Positions 1 through 4,144 of a stretch of DNA of 4,144 nucleotides are shown here, piece after piece. This DNA comes from a virus. Lineage: Duplodnaviria; Heunggongvirae; Uroviricota; Caudoviricetes. The DNA is taken from the IMG/VR virus record IMGVR_UViG_2639762987_000008. One strand, given 5' to 3'. A program made the position numbers and the translations under genes. How positions within the stretch are numbered: the first letter of the stretch is position 1; the number at the start of each line of letters is the position of its first letter. The notes under the pieces are model-generated. The model saw only the letters and a program-made list of their open reading frames with translations, was not told the origin of the DNA and made no database searches.

Positions 1-32
1 TTTTGAACGTTTCAGGCTATTTTTCTCGCGTT

Positions 33-69
33 AGGTTCCCGCACAGGTTCCCACGTTTTATGGGAACCC
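33..69. repeat. Short repeat cluster upstream of the integrase start: AGGTTCCC at 33-40 and 45-52 (direct), and GGGAACC at 62-68 forming a 7-bp inverted repeat with GGTTCCC at 46-52 (9-nt spacer). Possible integrase arm-type/att-proximal sites or an operator for int.
   Basis: Read directly from the sequence: ttAGGTTCCCgcacAGGTTCCCacgttttatGGGAACCcg. Function is inferred from position immediately 5' of the int start; no core att site can be defined from this window alone. Confidence 0.35.
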
Positions 70-88
70 GAAATAACGAGGTCGTGTA

Positions 89-1186
89 ATGGCGTACTAT
101 AACATAGAGAAACGACTAAAATCCGATGGCACACCACGCTATCGCTGTAATGTGATTATCAAAGAAAAAGGGGTTATCACTTACAGGGAAAGCAAAACAT
201 TCCCTAAACATGCTCATGCCAAAACATGGGGCACACAGAAAGTGATGGAATTAGATCTACATGGCATTCCATCATCAAATGCTGTTGACGGGCTTACAGT
301 CCGTGACTTACTACGCAAATATTTAAATGACCCAAATGCCGGAGGTAAAGCAGGCCGTACTAAAAGATATGTGCTGGAACTACTTATGGATAGTGACATT
401 TCTGCGATCAGACTATCTGAATTAACAGAAAATGACGTAATAGAACATTGCAGGTTGAGAAACAACGCCGGTGCAGGTCCAGCTACTGTTAGCCACGATG
501 TTAGTTATCTTGGCAGTGTTCTGGATGCAGCCAAACCTGTATACGGAATTAATTACACATCAAACCCAGCAAAAGCCGCTCGTCCATATCTACTTAAACT
601 TGGTTTAATTGGTAAATCAAATCGTCGTAATCGTAGACCAGCATCTGATGAACTAGACATGCTCATTGAAGGCCTTCAACAACGATCTACTCATAAATGC
701 TCAAAAATTCCGTTCGTTGATATCCTCAAATTTTCTGTGTGGTCCTGTATGCGAATCGGAGAAGTATGCCGGTTACGATGGGAAGATCTCGACCAGGAAC
801 AAAAATCTATACTAGTAAGAGACAGGAAAGATCCACGTAAAAAGGAAGGTAACCATATGAAAGTGGCCTTGCTTGGGGAAGCCTGGGATATCGTCCAACG
901 ACAACCCAAAAAATCTGAATTCATTTTTCCATACAACAGCACTTCTGTTACCGCAGGATTTCAGAGGGTAAGAAGCAAATTAGGTATTAAAGATCTGCGA
1001 TACCATGATTTGCGTAGAGAAGGGGCAAGTCGCTTATTTGAGGCTGGTTTTAGTATTGAGGAAGTCGCCCAGGTTACAGGGCATCGTTCATTAAACGTGC
1101 TATGGCAGGTATATACCGAACTGTATCCAAAATCTTTACATAATCGTTTTGAAGAACTCCAAAGGAGCAGAAATAAGACCTCTTGA
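89..1186 (+). CDS. int: Tyrosine site-specific recombinase (phage integrase family), 365 aa
   Basis: Full ORF with GAGG Shine-Dalgarno 7 nt upstream of the ATG. Box I-like segment (MRIGEVCRLRWEDLD), box II HDLR at 1004-1015, GHRS, and the putative catalytic Tyr in WQVYTE at 1112-1114. The N-terminus (YNIEKR...GTPRYR) is consistent with an arm-type DNA-binding domain. Antisense ORFs within it look spurious. Confidence 0.93.
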   Translation: MAYYNIEKRLKSDGTPRYRCNVIIKEKGVITYRESKTFPKHAHAKTWGTQKVMELDLHGIPSSNAVDGLTVRDLLRKYLNDPNAGGKAGRTKRYVLELLMDSDISAIRLSELTENDVIEHCRLRNNAGAGPATVSHDVSYLGSVLDAAKPVYGINYTSNPAKAARPYLLKLGLIGKSNRRNRRPASDELDMLIEGLQQRSTHKCSKIPFVDILKFSVWSCMRIGEVCRLRWEDLDQEQKSILVRDRKDPRKKEGNHMKVALLGEAWDIVQRQPKKSEFIFPYNSTSVTAGFQRVRSKLGIKDLRYHDLRREGASRLFEAGFSIEEVAQVTGHRSLNVLWQVYTELYPKSLHNRFEELQRSRNKTS

Positions 1187-1206
1187 CACTGTTTATTCAT
1201 ACAGTT
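1187..1206 (+). promoter_or_regulatory. LexA box 1 (SOS box), CACTGTTTATTCATACAGTT
   Basis: CTGT (1189-1192) - 8 nt - ACAG (1201-1204); about 15 of 20 positions match the E. coli-type consensus TACTGTATATATATACAGTA. Confidence 0.6.
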
Positions 1207-1214
1207 AAAAATAA

Positions 1215-1234
1215 TACTGTATACAAACACAGTA
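1215..1234 (+). promoter_or_regulatory. LexA box 2 (SOS box), TACTGTATACAAACACAGTA
   Basis: CTGT (1217-1220) - 8 nt - ACAG (1229-1232) with flanking TA/TA; about 17 of 20 positions match consensus. Lies 14 nt upstream of the ATG of a DinI-family gene, the expected context for a damage-inducible gene. Confidence 0.75.
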
Positions 1235-1247
1235 TAGAGGGATTTTT

Positions 1248-1496
1248 ATGCGTATTGAGATCTGCATAGCCAAAGAGAAAATGACTAAAATGCCAAACGG
1301 TGCTGTGGATGCGTTAAAGGAAGAATTAACTCGACGCATCAGTAAGCGTTATGACGATGTAGAGGTGATCGTAAAAGCCACCAGCAACGATGGCCTTTCT
1401 GTTACGCGCACCGCCGATAAAGATTCAGCTAAAACTTTTGTTCAGGAAACTCTGAAAGATACCTGGGAGTCTGCTGACGAGTGGTTTGTTCATTAA
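1248..1496 (+). CDS. dinI: DinI-family DNA-damage-inducible protein (RecA modulator), 82 aa
   Basis: Protein MRIEICIAK...GAVDAL.EEL.RRI...LSV...[17 protein letters not shown] aligns by eye along its whole length with E. coli DinI (MRIEVTIAK...GAIDALAGELSRRI...LSV...QETWESADDWFV). Preceded by an RBS and two LexA boxes. Confidence 0.9.
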   Translation: MRIEICIAKEKMTKMPNGAVDALKEELTRRISKRYDDVEVIVKATSNDGLSVTRTADKDSAKTFVQETLKDTWESADEWFVH

Positions 1497-1562
1497 TTAA
1501 TACGTAAAATCGATAACGGCTGGAAATCATTCAATACTCGCACTATCGGAAGTTCACCAGCC

Positions 1563-1603
1563 AGCCGCAGTATTCTGCCATGACAAGTTGCTGCGGCTTT
1601 TTA
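1563..1603 (+). terminator. Putative rho-independent terminator for the int-dinI transcription unit: stem AGCCGCAG (1563-1570) / CTGCGGCT (1591-1598) followed by TTTTTAT
   Basis: 8-bp GC-rich inverted repeat followed by a T-run on the + strand. The loop is long (20 nt), so stability is uncertain. It sits between the convergent dinI-like gene and the 3' end of the - strand operon (stop at 1607-1609). No comparable T-run follows the hairpin on the - strand. Confidence 0.45.
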
Positions 1604-1606
1604 TGT

Positions 1607-1894
1607 TTAACGGATAAACAGCCAGACCAGCAGACACGCCATCACCGGCACAGCAAAATCCATCAGGCTTGCTACATCCCACACGCGCGGATCAAAACCG
1701 CCCCACCACGGCATATTCATACGCTTGCCATGTCCGAACATTTCAATCCAGCGATATTCTGCCTGGGTGTGTTCACGCGCAATGAAGAACGTACAACCGG
1801 CTATCGCCCCGTAAGCCCAGTTTCCGGTAAAAAGGCCAATCAGTACCTGTGCAGCCACAGCACAAAGTGCATGAAGGAAAGGTGTTATATCCAT
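1607..1894 (-). CDS. Small polytopic inner-membrane protein (95 aa, about 3 predicted TM helices), function unknown; last gene of the - strand operon
   Basis: Strong RBS (AAGGAGGAG) 4-5 nt upstream of the ATG at 1894, 10 nt after the TAA of the upstream gene. Hydrophobic segments FLHALCAVAAQVLIGLFTG, AYGAIAGCTFFIA and VASLMDFAVPVMACLLVWLFI. No lipobox or clear signal peptide. The overlapping + strand ORF 1580-2056 looks like an antisense artefact. Confidence 0.7.
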   Translation of the reverse strand: MDITPFLHALCAVAAQVLIGLFTGNWAYGAIAGCTFFIAREHTQAEYRWIEMFGHGKRMNMPWWGGFDPRVWDVASLMDFAVPVMACLLVWLFIR

Positions 1895-1904
1895 TACTCC
1901 TCCT

Positions 1905-2609
1905 TTATCCGATATCGCTTCGGGAAGTTGATAACAACTTTAATTCTGACTCAAGTTCATCAACTCTTTCAGTCAGTTTCTGGATATGGTGAATCAGTGG
2001 AACAACCAGACGTTCGTACATTACACCTTCGGCAACAAGGCCATTGCTGGAAATAGCTTCAGGAGCATCATTCTCGTTAGCTGGTCGCCAGTGAACAAAC
2101 TGAGGGGCAATTTCTCCTACTTCCTCGGCAATCAATCCATAGAATCCCCAATCGCGCCTGTCATTTTCGCATTGCGACCTGTACCACACAGGGCGCATCT
2201 TGAAAATGAGATCGGCGTGCTCCGAATCTATCGTCTCTACTGAATGTTTATAGCGGATAGACGATGTGGACCGCAGTACAGACGAAATTGCGGGGTCAGG
2301 ATTAAGATAAAGGTTTGCCGCCGCTGTAGTCGTGCCCAATCCCCACAAATAAAACGCTTCACGACCAGTCAGCGGGTAAAAATCTCCACCATAACGACCA
2401 CTTTCCAGATCGTTCACTTCCACTTTGTTTTTCAGCTTATTATCAACTTCAGTTTTTGTGTATCTGGTGCTGATATCCTGCTTTGCACTGGTCATATCAG
2501 TCTGAAGCGTTGATACTTTTCCGTTAATTGAGGAAATATCTTCCTTGGCTTTACTGACATCTCCCTTTAACGTGGTGATGTCTCCTGGAATTACTGTCGA
2601 TGTAGCCAT
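1905..2609 (-). CDS. Tail-fibre-like protein, 234 aa: N-terminal heptad/coiled-coil-like segment plus C-terminal intramolecular chaperone domain (peptidase S74 / endosialidase-chaperone-like)
   Basis: RBS GAGGGAG upstream of the ATG at 2609. Motif S-S-I-R-Y-K (aa 116-121, nt 2247-2264) matches the S-x-x-R-x-K autocleavage/catalytic Ser-Lys signature (SDERLK in K1F endosialidase). Downstream GFYGLIAEEVGEIAPQFV ... LVVPLIHHIQKLTERVDELESEL resembles the GVIAQEV...LVPLLIEAIKEL...LE core of the chaperone domain, as I recall it from memory. Confidence 0.78.
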   Translation of the reverse strand: MATSTVIPGDITTLKGDVSKAKEDISSINGKVSTLQTDMTSAKQDISTRYTKTEVDNKLKNKVEVNDLESGRYGGDFYPLTGREAFYLWGLGTTTAAANLYLNPDPAISSVLRSTSSIRYKHSVETIDSEHADLIFKMRPVWYRSQCENDRRDWGFYGLIAEEVGEIAPQFVHWRPANENDAPEAISSNGLVAEGVMYERLVVPLIHHIQKLTERVDELESELKLLSTSRSDIG

Positions 2610-2618
2610 TTGTCTCCC

Positions 2619-2900
2619 TCACATCCAGCCACGAAGTTGATGCTCAACAACAATCGCGTATTTATCGAATATTGACGATTTTTTTGCATCATTAATGATG
2701 CGCACGTTTACAAAATATCCGTCTTCCTTAACACATACCGGTTCGCCATCTTCAGTCAGTTCTCCGCTTTCTTTGTACACGTTACCTATCACGTCAATAA
2801 GAATATCATCCTGCATCGACTCGTCATCATAATAGCCAATACTCTCCATAAAGGCCGAAAAGTCGGCCCTGTCTGCAAATTTGAGTGTTAAATCTTTCAT
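2619..2900 (-). CDS. Small acidic hypothetical protein, 93 aa, translationally coupled to the upstream fibre-like gene
   Basis: Its ATG (2900-2898) overlaps the TGA (2899-2897) of the upstream gene as ATGA; a GGGGAGAG RBS-like sequence lies upstream. Strongly Asp/Glu-rich. Followed 9 nt later by the next gene. No recognisable motif. Confidence 0.6.
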   Translation of the reverse strand: MKDLTLKFADRADFSAFMESIGYYDDESMQDDILIDVIGNVYKESGELTEDGEPVCVKEDGYFVNVRIINDAKKSSIFDKYAIVVEHQLRGWM

Positions 2901-4144
2901 TTAATACTCTCCCCCATTTGCGCATCAGTTAATTCTTTATGCCAGATACGCAGATTACGGATATGACCAAAAAGATGATACTCCCCATTAGTGCCCTGCC
3001 CTCCAATTCGCAATACTGCCCGTGGAACAATTGAAGTCCATGTTGTTTTTGCCGCAACAGATAATTCACCATTACATACGGCCTGAACATCTCCATCAGC
3101 GCCACAACGTAAGCCTGAAATGATTTTCCTCTGGGTTGTTGCCACATATTTATTACACCCTCCCATAGAAATAAAAGGAGAACCGGCATCAGAGAAATTA
3201 TTACCACGGAATCCATGCGTGAACAGACCATTTTCCTGATAATCTTTAACATTAAAGATTAATGGTGATTTGCTGGGAGGGATATCCCAGTTTTTATTAA
3301 CTTCAACAAGAGCACTGAATGGTAATCGGTGAATATTGTTTCTTACAGGTATTGTCACCATGTCGCTGGAGCGAGTGCCAGGAGCCCCTTCAGTAATGAT
3401 AAATGACGTCCTGTACGACCCAATCTCCGCCTGAGGCATCGCAATATCTAACGTAGAGCCATTGGGGATAATACTGATTCCAGGCATCGCCAGGATTTCA
3501 AATCTTGAGCTGATTATCATTTCCNNNNNNNNNNNNNNNNNNNNNNNNNNNNNNNNNNNNNNNNCTGCATCTGAATGAAAAACAAACGCACCATTATCAG
3601 ACATTTTTCCGAACCTTGCACGACACCGGGAATTATCACTTTTCGTCAGACACGATATCGTCGTATAAGAACCTGCCGGGCAGGTGTAAGCATCATTCGT
3701 GTTTACAGCAATTGCCTGATATCCTTGTGCTGTCGGATTTTCATTAATAACAGTTATCCTTCCATAGTTAAACCCATTATCACTGTCGAACGACTCAACA
3801 GACACACTACCCGTGTTATTCCATGCTTCTGGTGTATTTGAATTTCTGAAATAGTTTGTTCTCTGTCCTTCAATCAGCAAACCTTCTCGTTCAAATCGCG
3901 GTTCGTCAACTTCAGCAACGGTTAATACACCTGATTTATTAATGTATGTTGCACCTGATGCGCGTTTGAAGCTAACAACCTTATCGGATGGCATTTTAAT
4001 AACATCATCACCTACAGTTATTTGCTTATAACCAGGCGAAAAGCCAGCAAGCATATCCAGTGAATCGTTAAACGGTATCCACACATCAGGCAGTGGCTGT
4101 AAGACATATTTATACGGCTCTGCTGCCTGGCTTGCATACTCTCT
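2897..4144 (-). CDS. Phage tail-fibre / receptor-binding-like protein with C-terminal LamG-type (concanavalin-A-like lectin) domain; 5'-partial, as the reading frame stays open to the window edge at 4144
   Basis: The reading frame is open from 4144 (upstream of the GTG at 4084 there is no stop: ...REYASQAAEPYKYVLQPLPDV-WIPFNDSL...) to the TGA at 2897-2899. The C-terminal signature ...LRIGGQGTNGEYHLFGHIRNLRIWHKELTDAQM (nt about 2915-2977) resembles the LamG_3 family ending (F.G.IDEVRIWNRALS..EI). Frame is maintained across the N run at 3525-3564. Confidence 0.72.
   Translation of the reverse strand, partial: REYASQAAEPYKYVLQPLPDVWIPFNDSLDMLAGFSPGYKQITVGDDVIKMPSDKVVSFKRASGATYINKSGVLTVAEVDEPRFEREGLLIEGQRTNYFRNSNTPEAWNNTGSVSVESFDSDNGFNYGRITVINENPTAQGYQAIAVNTNDAYTCPAGSYTTISCLTKSDNSRCRARFGKMSDNGAFVFHSDAXXXXXXXXXXXXXXEMIISSRFEILAMPGISIIPNGSTLDIAMPQAEIGSYRTSFIITEGAPGTRSSDMVTIPVRNNIHRLPFSALVEVNKNWDIPPSKSPLIFNVKDYQENGLFTHGFRGNNFSDAGSPFISMGGCNKYVATTQRKIISGLRCGADGDVQAVCNGELSVAAKTTWTSIVPRAVLRIGGQGTNGEYHLFGHIRNLRIWHKELTDAQMGESIK
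3525..3564. other. Run of 40 ambiguous bases (N): masked or unresolved sequence inside the fibre-like CDS
   Basis: Seen directly. The flanking reading frame is conserved, so the run probably replaces 40 real bases rather than marking a gap of unknown size. Confidence 0.95.

Larger units (their letters stand above)
1183..1241 (+). promoter_or_regulatory. Putative SOS-regulated promoter/operator region for the dinI-like gene: exact -35 hexamer TTGACA at 1183-1188 (overlapping the int stop codon TGA 1184-1186), AT-rich candidate -10 region (exact -10 ambiguous), GAGGG ribosome-binding site at 1237-1241
   Basis: TTGACA read directly; candidate -10 hexamers (TAAAAA 1206-1211, AATAAT 1210-1215, TATACA 1220-1225) have imperfect spacing, so the exact -10 and transcription start are not assigned. 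Confidence 0.5.

Noticed and set aside
33-69. Possible tRNA 3' fragment (T-arm-like GGTTCCC...GGGAACC hairpin) as an integration target remnant
   Set aside because: A 7-bp stem with a 9-nt loop and no flanking acceptor-stem or CCA-like context does not fit tRNA T-arm geometry; more consistent with a protein-binding repeat.
214-1230. Three - strand ORFs (214-465, 691-942, 961-1230) inside or overlapping the integrase gene
   Set aside because: They are antisense to a well-supported integrase CDS, have no convincing RBS, and their low-complexity Ser/Leu/Cys-rich translations are typical of antisense artefacts.
1580-2056. + strand ORF of 158 aa overlapping the membrane-protein and S74 genes
   Set aside because: Cys/His/Arg-rich composition typical of antisense frames. 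The opposite-strand genes have strong RBSs, clear TM helices and recognisable motifs.
1986-2513. + strand ORFs 1986-2243 and 2244-2513
   Set aside because: Antisense to the S74-domain CDS; no RBS or motif support.
1968-2761. 11-nt direct repeat TTCAGTCAGTT at 1968-1978 and 2751-2761, considered as possible recombination (shufflon or invertible-segment) sites
   Set aside because: A single exact 11-mer pair is within chance expectation for a window of this size; no flanking inverted-repeat structure and no serine invertase present.
2929-3841. Nested ORFs 2929-3252 (-) and 3575-3841 (+) within the fibre-like gene
   Set aside because: Out of frame or antisense to the long LamG-domain reading frame; no independent support.
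2897-4144. Diversity-generating retroelement targeting the lectin-like C-terminal domain
   Set aside because: No reverse transcriptase gene or template repeat is visible in the window; the idea rests only on the LamG-type fold and cannot be supported.
1-4144. CRISPR arrays, rRNA or tRNA genes
   Set aside because: No regularly spaced direct repeats and no rRNA or tRNA-like structures were seen.

Overview
This window looks like part of a temperate phage, prophage or integrative element from a gammaproteobacterial (enterobacterial-type) host. On the + strand there is a complete tyrosine integrase (89-1186), then an SOS-type promoter with two tandem LexA boxes (CTGT-N8-ACAG) driving a DinI-family gene (1248-1496), then a hairpin plus T-run terminator. 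Converging on this from the - strand is a tightly coupled four-gene operon: a tail-fibre/receptor-binding-like protein with a C-terminal LamG (concanavalin-A-like lectin) signature, running off the window edge and interrupted by a 40-nt N run; a 93-aa acidic protein; a 234-aa protein with an N-terminal heptad-like segment and a C-terminal intramolecular-chaperone (peptidase S74-like) domain; and a 95-aa polytopic membrane protein. No rRNA, tRNA or CRISPR array is visible. Nothing was searched against databases; all family assignments come from motif recognition by eye. The most unusual points are the stand-alone S74 chaperone-domain protein encoded separately from the fibre gene, the small membrane protein ending the fibre cassette, and the placement of this cassette directly beside the integrase.
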